The notes below the pieces were generated by a model. That model was not told the DNA's origin and made no database searches. It was given only the letters and a program-made list of their open reading frames with translations. A stretch of 64,000 nt of DNA from a virus (Duplodnaviria; Caudoviricetes). This document shows positions 45,852-56,565 of this stretch, one piece after another; the stretch's first letter is position 1; every line of letters starts with the position of its first letter. The DNA lies in IMG/VR virus record IMGVR_UViG_3300020048_003360, positions 128,001 through 192,000 of that record; one strand, 5' to 3'. Both the position numbers and the translations under genes were made by a program.

Positions 45852-48395
45852 ATGTTAATATTATCTCTAACGCTAGTGTTGTATCGTAGATTTGGATTAA
45901 ATAATATCACAAATTTTAATATCAATATGTCAGAACCAATACAGTGTATTATTGGCACTAATGGTAGTGGTAAATCATCACTAATATATCAATTAACACC
46001 ACTGCCTCCATCTCCAGATGACTTCCATATAGATGGCTCTAAGACTATAATAATAAATCAAAATGATAATTTATACACATTAAAAAGTACCTTTGGACCA
46101 ACTCGTCACTCTTTTAAAAAGAATGATATGGAATTAAATCCAGGTGGTACAGTAACTGTCTTTAAAGAATTAGTAAAACAAGAATTTAATATAACTCCTG
46201 AAATACACGAACTATTGATTGGAAATGAAGTATTCCACAATATGTCACCAGCTCGTAGAAGGGAGTGGTTTACTAAACTATCTGACATTAACTACGACTA
46301 CGCTCTATCTGTATATGAAAAACTAAGAGAGAGATCTAGAGATATTAGCGGTGCATTAAAGTTAGCTAAAACTAGACTAACTACCGAAATTGCTAATGTT
46401 GTATCTACTGAAGAAGAACTTAAATTAAGACGCGATATAAAACTAACACATAGTGAACTAAATCTACTACTAGAGAGAAATTCACCATTAGATAATCCAG
46501 TTAGATACTATGTTAGTGAACAAGATAGTAAATTAAAAGAATTACAAAAACTCAGTAATACATTATTACGTATGCGGTGTGTAGCACCATATGGTGTACA
46601 TCCATATGGTTTAGATCCTACTGCAGCAGTAGAAAGAGATGATTGGTTAGAACCTATCACACATGGTTTTAATTCTATTGAAAAAATAGATGAGGTTATA
46701 TATAGAGATAGTCACATACTAACTGCCGGAGAAGCACTTTTAAATAATGCAGTTAGTGAACATAGTAAAGTAGCTGAAAAAATTAATATCTTAATTAAAG
46801 CTGGTGAAAACGGTATTAAGTCTTTAGTAGAAAAGGTATCTAATTTACACAAAAGAAAACTAGATATTCTAGCTAAACGCAAACTAATAATAGATGGATT
46901 AAGTGACCCAAATATAATTAATGCATTTGACTCGGTTTATGATGTTATTATAAATATAGTATTAGTAATAGAAGAAAATAGTACAGGTAGATTTAGTAGT
47001 GTTAATTTAAATAATCTAAATGAACTATTACTTAAGTATAGAAACAATAAATTAGTTTTAACTTCTGAATTATCTAAATTAGAAGCTAAAAAACTACATA
47101 TGGAGACACATAAAACAAATGGAAAGGTAGCATGTCCCAAATGTAATCATATATGGATACCTGGTTATAGTGATGAACATTTAGAACTTTTAGTTAAAGA
47201 GTTAATTAAAAAAGAAGAAGAGTTAGTTAAACTAGAGTTATTAATAACCAATACTGAAAAAGAAATAGAAGCTAATAAGGAATATAAATCATTCTATACG
47301 GATTATATTAGATGTACTAATAACTGGCCAATTTTAAAACCAGTATGGGATTATATATCTAATGGTAATTACTTAAGAAATAGTCCACGTATGATTGTTT
47401 CTATATTGGACACACTCTATATAGATCTTGGTTATGAGTTAAGTGCTAGGAATATAGAACTCGAAATAGTTGAAACTACAGCATTGATAAAATCAGCTGA
47501 ATCAATAGGTGATGCTAATTTATTAGATATGCAGTCTAAACTAAATGATCTTACTATATATGTAGATACTAAAACAGCTGAGTTAAATAAATTAAGAGCT
47601 AATCTATCTCAGTATAAACAATATAGGAAACAACTATTAGATGCTTTTAAGTTAGGTAATGAAATAACTAAATTAATGGCTGAGGTAGAACAAATAAATA
47701 CAGATATGATTGAGATGTTGCGTAGAGAAGTATTAGGTCACTGTATTAAACAATTGCAGAGTAGTTTAGCCTTAAAAGAAACCACACTGAATGGAATTGA
47801 TTTACATAAAGGAATTATTAAGAACTTAGAAAAACAAATAGAGGAACTAACTCTGGAGGAAATAGCCTCTAAGTTATTAGTTCAGAAACTATCACCAAAT
47901 ACAGGCTTAATAGGTGAAGGTATGTTGGGTTTTATTAAGTTATTTATAAGTCAGATGAATAGCTTAATAAAAAAGATATGGACGTATAAACTACATATAT
48001 TAGACTGCGGTATTGGTAATGGTGAATTAGATTTTAAATTTGGTGTTTTAATGGATACAAACACTATACCAATATCCGATATAAAACTATGTAGTAACGG
48101 TATGAAGGAAATAATAAATTTAGCATTTAAAATTATAGCTATGCGGTACTTAAATATCTCAAATAGTCCATTAGTCTTAGATGAGTGGGGTGGTGGATTT
48201 GATAGTACGCATAAACTTTCCGCTATGGCAGCTGTAAAGGAATTAATGGAAACTAAATCATACTCTCAGTTATTTATAGTATCTCACGATTATAGTCAAT
48301 ATGGTTCTTTAACTAATAGTGAAGTTACAGTATTAGACTCTAGAAATATAGCCATCCCAGATAACTGCAATATGCACGTTACGATTGAAAATTAA
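45852..48395 (+). CDS. sbcC: SbcC/Rad50-like SMC ATPase
   Basis: Walker A GTNGSGKSS, zinc hook CPKC, signature CSNGM, Walker B LVLDE, SH switch. Confidence 0.92.
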   Translation: MLILSLTLVLYRRFGLNNITNFNINMSEPIQCIIGTNGSGKSSLIYQLTPLPPSPDDFHIDGSKTIIINQNDNLYTLKSTFGPTRHSFKKNDMELNPGGTVTVFKELVKQEFNITPEIHELLIGNEVFHNMSPARRREWFTKLSDINYDYALSVYEKLRERSRDISGALKLAKTRLTTEIANVVSTEEELKLRRDIKLTHSELNLLLERNSPLDNPVRYYVSEQDSKLKELQKLSNTLLRMRCVAPYGVHPYGLDPTAAVERDDWLEPITHGFNSIEKIDEVIYRDSHILTAGEALLNNAVSEHSKVAEKINILIKAGENGIKSLVEKVSNLHKRKLDILAKRKLIIDGLSDPNIINAFDSVYDVIINIVLVIEENSTGRFSSVNLNNLNELLLKYRNNKLVLTSELSKLEAKKLHMETHKTNGKVACPKCNHIWIPGYSDEHLELLVKELIKKEEELVKLELLITNTEKEIEANKEYKSFYTDYIRCTNNWPILKPVWDYISNGNYLRNSPRMIVSILDTLYIDLGYELSARNIELEIVETTALIKSAESIGDANLLDMQSKLNDLTIYVDTKTAELNKLRANLSQYKQYRKQLLDAFKLGNEITKLMAEVEQINTDMIEMLRREVLGHCIKQLQSSLALKETTLNGIDLHKGIIKNLEKQIEELTLEEIASKLLVQKLSPNTGLIGEGMLGFIKLFISQMNSLIKKIWTYKLHILDCGIGNGELDFKFGVLMDTNTIPISDIKLCSNGMKEIINLAFKIIAMRYLNISNSPLVLDEWGGGFDSTHKLSAMAAVKELMETKSYSQLFIVSHDYSQYGSLTNSEVTVLDSRNIAIPDNCNMHVTIEN

Positions 48396-48403
48396 GGAAA
48401 GTT

Positions 48404-48985
48404 ATGTCGAACTTAGAAACGATACTTAATCTTTGTAGTGCAAAATTAAACATAGCGCTAAACGTAGGTGATGATGAGGCAAAACTTCAGATTAATGACG
48501 TAATTAGCATACTGGCTAAGTTATTAGAATCAATGCCTTTAAATAGTAATTCATCTATATTTTCATTTGTGGATAATACCGTTGTTAAGGAAAGATCAGA
48601 AAATCAACTCTCTAATGTATTGGTGCGATATCTACCTTCAAAATTTATTACTGGTGGTTTAGGTGTTATGAGTAGTACTGAGCGGGGTATTGAATTCTTT
48701 ACAACATATACTCCAGACATATTTACACTACCTATAACTAGACTATTGACATGGCCAAATGGTTTTTATTTCAATCACAAAACTAAAGACAACCAGCTAT
48801 TGGTGCGATCTGATTTATGCATTATTTGTTTTGATGGCTTACCTAGTAGTAAGTTAAATATTAAGGTAGTCTTTTTACCACTAACTGAAGATTCAAAATT
48901 CATAAATTTTGAAAACTTAACAACAAAACAGTTATCGGATGTAACATGTGATTTAGAAAATACATTAAAATATCATCTAACTTGA
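48404..48985 (+). CDS. Hypothetical protein
   Basis: 193 aa with AAGGA SD. Confidence 0.7.
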   Translation: MSNLETILNLCSAKLNIALNVGDDEAKLQINDVISILAKLLESMPLNSNSSIFSFVDNTVVKERSENQLSNVLVRYLPSKFITGGLGVMSSTERGIEFFTTYTPDIFTLPITRLLTWPNGFYFNHKTKDNQLLVRSDLCIICFDGLPSSKLNIKVVFLPLTEDSKFINFENLTTKQLSDVTCDLENTLKYHLT

Positions 48986-48996
48986 ATGGAGTGGTA

Positions 48997-49353
48997 ATGT
49001 TAACAGAACACTGTATAGATGATTGTGCCTGTCATCTAGATATAGCTATACTGGACGAACCAGGTAATGGTGGTGCTAATCATCACTACCGCATATCAGC
49101 ACAAACCGGTAATCTAGTACCAATTGATATTATTTTTCAAAATGGAACTATTCCTAATGCCGGTGTAAATGGAATAACTCATGAGGCATTACTAGCGATA
49201 GTGGCCGATAGATTAGCTAGTTTTCAAAATGGTCCATTTGTATGTAATGAAAATGCTGTAGCTTTAGTATATATTAACCTAGCTTTAAATTCATTACATA
49301 AAAGAACTATAAAAAGAGTCATTAGAGAAGTAGAAGGTAAAGAAATACCGTAA
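48997..49353 (+). CDS. tad1: Tad1-like anti-Thoeris/anti-CBASS signal sponge
   Basis: GNGGANHHY, IFQNG, GITHEALLAIVADRLASFQNGPF.CNENAVAL..HKR..R.VEG matches the recalled Tad1 pattern GPGGAYHEY..KFQKG..DLL.IV.DRL.SFQ.GPF...EN..AL. Start refined to ATG 48997. Confidence 0.75.
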   Translation: MLTEHCIDDCACHLDIAILDEPGNGGANHHYRISAQTGNLVPIDIIFQNGTIPNAGVNGITHEALLAIVADRLASFQNGPFVCNENAVALVYINLALNSLHKRTIKRVIREVEGKEIP

Positions 49354-49366
49354 ATTACCAACCGTT

Positions 49367-49412
49367 ATATAGTCTATCATATTCCTGATGTTAGGAATAT
49401 GATAGACTATAT
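49367..49412. terminator. Bidirectional terminator
   Basis: ATATAGTCTATCATATTCCT/AGGAATATGATAGACTATAT perfect inverted repeat. Confidence 0.75.
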
Positions 49413-49417
49413 GCTTG

Positions 49418-50656
49418 TTAAATATTTAAACTAGTAATCTTAAGAAAATATGCGTCAGAGTAAATACTAGGTTTATTAGTAAGGGCGGTATTGTCCACAC
49501 TATTCTCGTTCACAGCGTCTACAGTATTGTAATTATAGTTAGTATGCATTGTATCCGTAGCTACTATACTATATTGTCCATCTTCATATGTAGCCCAGTA
49601 ATTAATTATTTTTCCATTTTGTACTACTAATGGATATTCTGGTTTTTCATAACTAATAAACATATCACCATATGGTGTTTTTCGTACAGGTGACTTTGTA
49701 ACATAAACATCTGGATTATCTAGTATTATAAAAAATGACTGCGATAACGTTAGATATGCCATTATGTTAGCGTCACTAAAGAACTCAAAAATACTAATTT
49801 GGTTTTTATTACGTATAGTAGTGGTTAATGGTAGACTACTGAAGTCTAAATATTCTTTAGAATTAAAGTACCTATCTAGCAGAGGTATATTATTAAGACT
49901 AATCCTAAAGCTGGTGTTATTAATCGGTTTAAAAACATCATCAGCCATTAGGTGTAGATACCCGCCCAATACTAATAAAACTGTCTTATCACTAATGTCG
50001 GTTCCTATGTCTATAAAAACACCATCGCTATATTTTTGATCTAGATATTGCTTATAAATCATTTCTGGTTTTATTTGTACAAACTCTAGTGATCCTAATT
50101 CAGCAAAACTATAAATACCAATTTGATTCATATTTGACTTACGTAGAGTTTTCATCCCATCTACGCAATAAATACCAGTACCATCTGTATCTGTTAAATG
50201 AAAAAAACCATTTATATTCACTAAACAACTTTTAAAAAATAAATTATAATCTAAAGTTGGTTTAGTTAAATACAGCCAGTTTTTATCTGATTCTGGCTGA
50301 TTAGCAGTTACTGATGTATTTGGATTTACAGCTACAATTGAGTATCCGGCTTTAAAAGCGTCGGCATATTTAGCTGTTGTTAATTTTGGTATTGTATCTA
50401 TGGGTAGTGTCGGTAGTGTTTTATTACCATTTTCTATTAGAAATTGAGTTAACGTAAGTGTTAAACCATTCGTATTTGGTAAGATACTACCTAAATCTAC
50501 AATTACATTATTTGGTAAAAACTGATTCGATAAAGTGACTATTATTTTAGAATACTCACTCATTAGTGTATTTAGTGGGATATTACTAATATCGTCATCT
50601 ACCCAAATACCAGTACCACTAGCTCTTCTTGACATTGATGAAATAAATTGATACAT
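49418..50656 (-). CDS. Virion structural protein (phiKZ-like)
   Basis: CLVNINGFFH, GGYLH, FLTLSQSF-like and YWATYEDG motifs. Confidence 0.7.
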   Translation of the reverse strand: MYQFISSMSRRASGTGIWVDDDISNIPLNTLMSEYSKIIVTLSNQFLPNNVIVDLGSILPNTNGLTLTLTQFLIENGNKTLPTLPIDTIPKLTTAKYADAFKAGYSIVAVNPNTSVTANQPESDKNWLYLTKPTLDYNLFFKSCLVNINGFFHLTDTDGTGIYCVDGMKTLRKSNMNQIGIYSFAELGSLEFVQIKPEMIYKQYLDQKYSDGVFIDIGTDISDKTVLLVLGGYLHLMADDVFKPINNTSFRISLNNIPLLDRYFNSKEYLDFSSLPLTTTIRNKNQISIFEFFSDANIMAYLTLSQSFFIILDNPDVYVTKSPVRKTPYGDMFISYEKPEYPLVVQNGKIINYWATYEDGQYSIVATDTMHTNYNYNTVDAVNENSVDNTALTNKPSIYSDAYFLKITSLNI

Positions 50657-50756
50657 GGGGCTTTTCCTTTATCATATAGTGGTTACACCAGCATAGGATT
50701 AGGAGACTATTTAAATCTACTAATTTTAGTTAATTTAGTAATATTGGAGTCAGATA

Positions 50757-53700
50757 ATGCCAAACAATATAGTCCCAGTTTATCCATTAGATCCTACTGG
50801 ACAATTAGCATCAAACCTAATACTTAATGAATCACAAATACTAACGGCTAGTAATGGCATAAATTATCATTTTTTAGTTCCTATAAATGGACCTTTTTTT
50901 GAAAATAGTTTAGTCGTCACGTTAACCAATCCAACTACAAATGAAGTTACTGTATTAAGTAAGGGTATAGATTTTTATCCTAGTCATTGGTTTATATCTG
51001 CCAGTAGAGCGTGTGCTAATTCTATTTATGGTTCTATTACGTTTTTAGATAAAACACTAAATGGAATAATTAAATTACGTTACCAAACTATTGGTGGTGA
51101 TTGGACTATTGATTCTAGTGAGATAGCTACAGTTCTGGCAGATACATTACATAATCCTAGAATTACTGCTTGGGAAGAAGTAGTTGACTACCCATTTGCT
51201 TTTCCACCAATTCCACATCAGTGGAATTTAGTAGATATGGTGGGAATGAGTGATGTGGTAGATACGTTAAGCGCTATAAATAATAGCATTATTGAACAAA
51301 CTGCTAGTAGCACGCAATCATCTATTGTAGTGGCAACTGCTACTTTAGAAACATATAGTCCCACTGCTGGCACTATAGTGGCAGGAGATACCCTTCTAAC
51401 TGCATTACAAAAAATTGGCGGTAATATAGCTAATGAGATTACTAGAGCCACTACAGCTGAAGGTTTATTAGTACCCAAAACTACTACTGTAAATGGTAAA
51501 GCACTAAGTACCAACATTACATTATCTAAGTCAGATGTAGGTTTAGGTAATGTAGATAATACTAGTGATGTTAATAAACCAGTATCTACAGCACAAGCTA
51601 CAGCCATTGCTTTAAAAGCCAATATTGCTAGTCCTACTTTTACTGGTACAGTAAGTGGCATTACTAAATCTATGGTAGGTTTAGGTAATGTAGATAATAC
51701 GTCTGATGCCAATAAACCAGTATCTACAGCACAAGCTACAGCTATAAATACCGCCATAGATCAAGCAGTGTTATTAGTTGGTAGCTCAACAGAAATATCT
51801 AGCACAATACAAACTGCTTTAAACTTAAAAGCCAATCTAGATTCTCCAGCATTAAGCGGTATTCCATCTGCACCTACAGCTGCTGTTAATACCAATACCA
51901 CTCAAGTAGCTACCACTGCTTTCGTAAATGCAGAAATAGCTAATGACGCACCTAGTAAGACAGGTACTGGTGCATCTGGTACATGGGGCATATCCATTAC
52001 TGGTAATGCAGCTACAGCCACTAAATTAGCTACAGCTCGTACTATAGGTGGTGTATCATTTGATGGTAGTGCTGACATTAACTTACCTGGTGTAAATGCT
52101 GCTGGTACTCAGAATACTAGTGGTAGTGCTGCTAGTTTGACTAATACACGTTCAATAGCCATCACGGGTGATGCAGCTTGGGCTGTTAACTTTAATGGTA
52201 GTGCTAACGCATCTGCAATATTAACATTAAGTGCTAGTGGCGTAGCTGTTGGAACGTATAGGTCTGTAACAGTTAATGCTAAGGGACTAGTAACTGCTGG
52301 TACTAATCCAACTACTATTAGTGGTTATGGTATTACTGACGCATACACAAAAACTGAAGTAGATGGTCTTATTACAGGACTTGACTTTAGGGCATCGGTT
52401 AGGGTTGTTTCTACTTCTAACATTACTCTATCTGCCACACAAACTATTGACGGAGTATCAGTAGTGGTTGGAGATAGGGTTTTAGTCGCTGGACAGACTA
52501 CTGCCTCTCAAAATGGTATTTATGTAGTATCTGCTGGAGCTTGGGTCAGATCGAGTGATGCTGATAATACACCAGCAAATGAAGTAACTGCAGGTATGTA
52601 TACTTTTGTTAGTGAGGGTACTACATATGCTGATTCTGGTTGGGTATTAACTACAAATGACAATATTGTATTAGGTACTACAGAATTAGTTTTTACTCAG
52701 TTTAATGGATTAGGTCAAATAACTGCTGGTAATGGTTTAACTAAGACAGGAAATGTAATTAATGCTGTTGGTACCGCCGGCCGTATCATTGCTAATGCAG
52801 ATACAATTGACCTCGCTACTGTAACGCAATCTACAGGAGCTTCATTTGTTAAGCTTACATTAGATGCATATGGCAGAGTAAGTGGTAATAGTGCTGTTGC
52901 ACTTAGTGACTTAACCACTTTAGGTGCTTCTACATTATCGTTAGGCACTACAGATGGTTTGGCATTAACTACAAATGGTTCTAATGGTTCTGCAACAACA
53001 GCGGCTAAATCAGACCATACACATCCATTTCCAACTAAAGTTAATTTAGGAGCTACTACTCTTGGTAGCAATCTATTCACTATAACTAATCCTAGTGCTG
53101 TAACATTTCCAAGATTTAATGCAGATAATTCAGTTACGTCTTTAAGTGCTGCTGATTTTAGAAGTGCAATTGGAGCGGGTGTAGGTGGTGGAGACTTCTC
53201 AAGTAATACTGCTACTTCAGTAGATGGAGAAATAGTATTATTTAACGGTACATCTGGTAAGTCTGGTAAAAGAGCCACTACCACTGGTTTATTAAAAGCC
53301 ACCAGTGGTGTTATGAGTGCTGCTGTAGCTGGAACTGACTTTATAGCGCCTAGTGGTGCACTGGGTACACCAAGTAGTGGTACGTTAACGAATTGTACTT
53401 TTCCAACATTAAATCAGAATACTACTGGTAATGCAGCTACCGTTACTACTAATGCTAATCTAACTGGTGAAGTTACATCAGTAGGTAATACTACTACTGT
53501 AACTAATGCAGCTGTAATTGGTAAGGTATTAACTGGATATGCTAGTGGAGCTGGTGCTGTAGCTGCTACAGATACTATATTGCAAGCTATTAATAAGCTA
53601 AATGGTAATGATGGATTAAAAGCCAATATAGCTGATACCTATACTAAAGCAGAAATAGATAGTCAACTACAGGGTCTAAAACCCAAAGCTAGTGTACTAG

Positions 53701-54890
53701 CAGCATCTACTGCAAATATTGCATTAAATACAGCTACAGCTACATTAGATGGTGTAGCATTGGTAGCTGGATCTCGTGTACTATTGAAAAACCAATCCAC
53801 GGCATCCCAGAATGGTATTTATACCAATCTAACCACTACTAACTGGATACGTGCTGTAGATGCAGACGTAAATAGTGAACTAGTATCAGCATTTGTATTT
53901 GTAGAACAAGGTACTGTTAATAAAGATAGTGCCTGGGTACAAACTGCTGATAATATCGTACTAGGTACTACTAATCTCATATGGGTACAGTTTGCTGGAG
54001 CTGGTGCATATCAGAGTATCATTACTGGTGGTGCATCCACTATTACAGGAACTGACTTAACCGTATCTAGAGGTCTAGTCTCAGATAGTAATGGTAAGGT
54101 AGCAGTATCTGCAGTAACGTCAACTGAACTTGGATACGTTAGTGGAGTTACCTCTGCTATTCAGACTCAGATAGGCACTAAAGCTAATATAGCATCTCCA
54201 GTATTTACAGGTAATGTAACTGGACTAGGTATAGCTACTGGTACTAGTTTTAACTCCATTACTGGGCTGAGTAGTACTAATCCAGCTGCAGCAGGTACTG
54301 TAGGTCCAGGTAGTTTATTTACTGCAGCTAGAGCAGATCACGTACATCCATTACAGACTACCATTACTGGTAATGCAGCTACAGCCACTAAATTAGCTGC
54401 AGCAATTACTATAGGTGGTGTATCATTTGATGGTAGTGCTAGTATTAACTTACCTGGAGTAAATACTGCTGGTAATCAGAATACTACTGGATCATCAGCT
54501 AGTTGTACTGGTAATGCAGCTACCGTTACTAATGGTGTTTATACCAATACTATTAATTATGGTACTAGTATTAATAGTCAGACTGGAACTAGCTACACTA
54601 CAGTGTTCAGTGATGCTGCGTCAGTAGGTAATCCTACTGCTATGGTATTAATGAATAATGCAGCAGCACAAACAGTTACTATACCACCTAATGCGTCTGT
54701 GGCTTATCCTATAGGTGCTACTTTACAAATCACACAAATGGGTGAGGGTAAAGTAACTATTGCACCTGGAGTTGGTGTAACTATTAACTCTGCCAATAAT
54801 CATAAGTCTATTGGCATACAGTATGGCGTAGTTAGTTTACTACAGACTAGCTTAAATGTTTGGCTATTAGTAGGTTCCTTAATAGAGTAA
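50757..54890 (+). CDS. Long tail fibre protein
   Basis: Jumbo-phage N-terminal anchor (YPLDPTG..N.I.NE, GGDW, NPRITAWE), then Gly/Ala/Thr-rich fibre repeats (GLGNVDNTSD, TATKL..TIGGVSFDGSA, SQNGIY). Confidence 0.9.
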   Translation: MPNNIVPVYPLDPTGQLASNLILNESQILTASNGINYHFLVPINGPFFENSLVVTLTNPTTNEVTVLSKGIDFYPSHWFISASRACANSIYGSITFLDKTLNGIIKLRYQTIGGDWTIDSSEIATVLADTLHNPRITAWEEVVDYPFAFPPIPHQWNLVDMVGMSDVVDTLSAINNSIIEQTASSTQSSIVVATATLETYSPTAGTIVAGDTLLTALQKIGGNIANEITRATTAEGLLVPKTTTVNGKALSTNITLSKSDVGLGNVDNTSDVNKPVSTAQATAIALKANIASPTFTGTVSGITKSMVGLGNVDNTSDANKPVSTAQATAINTAIDQAVLLVGSSTEISSTIQTALNLKANLDSPALSGIPSAPTAAVNTNTTQVATTAFVNAEIANDAPSKTGTGASGTWGISITGNAATATKLATARTIGGVSFDGSADINLPGVNAAGTQNTSGSAASLTNTRSIAITGDAAWAVNFNGSANASAILTLSASGVAVGTYRSVTVNAKGLVTAGTNPTTISGYGITDAYTKTEVDGLITGLDFRASVRVVSTSNITLSATQTIDGVSVVVGDRVLVAGQTTASQNGIYVVSAGAWVRSSDADNTPANEVTAGMYTFVSEGTTYADSGWVLTTNDNIVLGTTELVFTQFNGLGQITAGNGLTKTGNVINAVGTAGRIIANADTIDLATVTQSTGASFVKLTLDAYGRVSGNSAVALSDLTTLGASTLSLGTTDGLALTTNGSNGSATTAAKSDHTHPFPTKVNLGATTLGSNLFTITNPSAVTFPRFNADNSVTSLSAADFRSAIGAGVGGGDFSSNTATSVDGEIVLFNGTSGKSGKRATTTGLLKATSGVMSAAVAGTDFIAPSGALGTPSSGTLTNCTFPTLNQNTTGNAATVTTNANLTGEVTSVGNTTTVTNAAVIGKVLTGYASGAGAVAATDTILQAINKLNGNDGLKANIADTYTKAEIDSQLQGLKPKASVLAASTANIALNTATATLDGVALVAGSRVLLKNQSTASQNGIYTNLTTTNWIRAVDADVNSELVSAFVFVEQGTVNKDSAWVQTADNIVLGTTNLIWVQFAGAGAYQSIITGGASTITGTDLTVSRGLVSDSNGKVAVSAVTSTELGYVSGVTSAIQTQIGTKANIASPVFTGNVTGLGIATGTSFNSITGLSSTNPAAAGTVGPGSLFTAARADHVHPLQTTITGNAATATKLAAAITIGGVSFDGSASINLPGVNTAGNQNTTGSSASCTGNAATVTNGVYTNTINYGTSINSQTGTSYTTVFSDAASVGNPTAMVLMNNAAAQTVTIPPNASVAYPIGATLQITQMGEGKVTIAPGVGVTINSANNHKSIGIQYGVVSLLQTSLNVWLLVGSLIE
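51994..52120 (+). repeat. Direct repeat copy 1 in tail fibre (copy 2 at ~54361-54487)
   Basis: CCATTACTGGTAATGCAGCTACAGCCACTAAATTAGCT...TACTATAGGTGGTGTATCATTTGATGGTAGTGCT present twice. Confidence 0.8.
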
Positions 54891-54921
54891 CTTTTTTTTA
54901 AATTTTTAATAGGATATTCCA

Positions 54922-55221
54922 ATGTTTCTTTTAAATAAATTACTACGTCGAGAAAACTACAGAATGTTTAGTTTTCTATTATTAGCTCTTTTTTTCTACG
55001 GTATCGCACTAACTCTAGCTACTCTCGATACTCTACTACTACCACAAGTACAAATAGTCTTATGGAAAGCCGGACACATCAGTATTGGTGCTTTCTTAGG
55101 TTATTGGGTAGATAAACAAATCTTTAGAGATATAATCTCTCCTCAATCAAATCCACTTACACATCTTCGTAGAGCTATAGTTGTAGTAGGCGCAATGATT
55201 GCAATTGCTTTAGGTATGTAA
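54922..55221 (+). CDS. Putative holin (2-3 TM)
   Basis: GAFLGYWVDKQIF..LRRAIVV..AIALGM pattern; precedes an SLT gene. Confidence 0.75.
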   Translation: MFLLNKLLRRENYRMFSFLLLALFFYGIALTLATLDTLLLPQVQIVLWKAGHISIGAFLGYWVDKQIFRDIISPQSNPLTHLRRAIVVVGAMIAIALGM

Positions 55222-55283
55222 GCTTAATTACTGGTATTCTAATTAATATTTTTAGAATACCAGTAATTTAACTAGGAACTGAA

Positions 55284-56018
55284 ATGACTTACTTAAAGAT
55301 TTTGTTTATAGTATTGCCATTACTGGTTTTACATCAATCAGTATTTGCAATTAGCCCAAATAGTACTTTAGAATTACAACTATCGCAATCTTTAGAGAAT
55401 CCGCCACCAACTCCAGTTAAGATACCTAATAAAAATCCAGATACTTTACCTACGCCCAGTATAATGTTACAATATCGCGCTGACTTAACTAGGGAAGCAC
55501 AGGCAGTATATGGCCTAAATGCACCAATTGCTATGTTGGCTGGTCAGATATGGCAAGAGTCTGGCGGTAGGGCAAATGTCACCGCTATAGACTTAGGTAG
55601 GGGTCTTACCCAATTTATGGATGGTACAATAGCACAAATAGTTAGAGTACATCCTGAGTTAGGACCAGCTAATCCATACAATCCTCTATGGGCAATACGT
55701 GCCCAAACAAAATATATGATGTGGATTAATAAGAGGGTAAAAGGTAAAGATAATTGTGAAAAATATAGTGCTGCATTAAAATCGTATAATGCTGGACTAG
55801 GGTATGTACAAAGAGCTCAAAAGGTTTCACCTCAGCCAGATATATGGTACGGCGTAACTGAAGATATAGCTAGTGGTCAATCACACAAAAACTTTATATA
55901 CTCTAGATGGTATCCCAGACAAATTCTATTTAATCATCAAAGAAGATTTGTACCTTGGGGTGGTTTAGTATGCGATCTAAATAATGTGCCAGTTGATAAT
56001 CCAAAGTTTAAGAAATAA
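55284..56018 (+). CDS. Lytic transglycosylase endolysin with N-terminal hydrophobic signal
   Basis: AGQIWQESG, GRGLTQFM, YNAGLGYV. Confidence 0.85.
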   Translation: MTYLKILFIVLPLLVLHQSVFAISPNSTLELQLSQSLENPPPTPVKIPNKNPDTLPTPSIMLQYRADLTREAQAVYGLNAPIAMLAGQIWQESGGRANVTAIDLGRGLTQFMDGTIAQIVRVHPELGPANPYNPLWAIRAQTKYMMWINKRVKGKDNCEKYSAALKSYNAGLGYVQRAQKVSPQPDIWYGVTEDIASGQSHKNFIYSRWYPRQILFNHQRRFVPWGGLVCDLNNVPVDNPKFKK

Positions 56019-56042
56019 ATATAGTTTAAAGCAGCATAGAAG

Positions 56043-56086
56043 CCTATCCATCACTACTTAGCACTTAGCTGGTGGTGATGGATAGG
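56043..56086. terminator. Bidirectional terminator
   Basis: CCTATCCATCAC/GTGATGGATAGG. Confidence 0.65.
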
Positions 56087-56136
56087 TATTATGCCGTAAG
56101 TCTCTTAAAGGTATGTCATAGGGTCTTTAAACTACA

Positions 56137-56565
56137 TTATGAGATTAGATTTCCTAACTTCATAAATAACTCTACTACTAAGTATAATGCATATGGTGGT
56201 AAAAACATAGCTGCTATTGTAGACCAGAAACCTTTAGCTACTACTACACCCATAATCCAACAGATTAAAAATGCAGTAGCAAAAATAGTATTTGATATTG
56301 AATTAATATTCATTTTAATTTTCTCACTATTTTTAACTATAGGTGATGTAATAGGGTCTTTTTTAGGCACACTTACCCCACTAGCTACTAAATTTTCTGA
56401 TAAATTATCAACTATAGAATCTACAATACGTATTTTAAGATGTTCGTAACCTATTATTTCTTCAGCCGGACAAATAATTGTATTACCCTTAGCTAAAACT
56501 ATACGATTGGCAGTAGTTAAAACAAATCTATACGATTGAGAATCAACTGGGTTCGGATTTATCAT
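56137..56565 (-). CDS. Hypothetical membrane protein
   Basis: C-terminal two TM helices (CWIMGVVVAKGFWSTIAAMFLPPYA). Confidence 0.65.
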   Translation of the reverse strand: MINPNPVDSQSYRFVLTTANRIVLAKGNTIICPAEEIIGYEHLKIRIVDSIVDNLSENLVASGVSVPKKDPITSPIVKNSEKIKMNINSISNTIFATAFLICWIMGVVVAKGFWSTIAAMFLPPYALYLVVELFMKLGNLIS

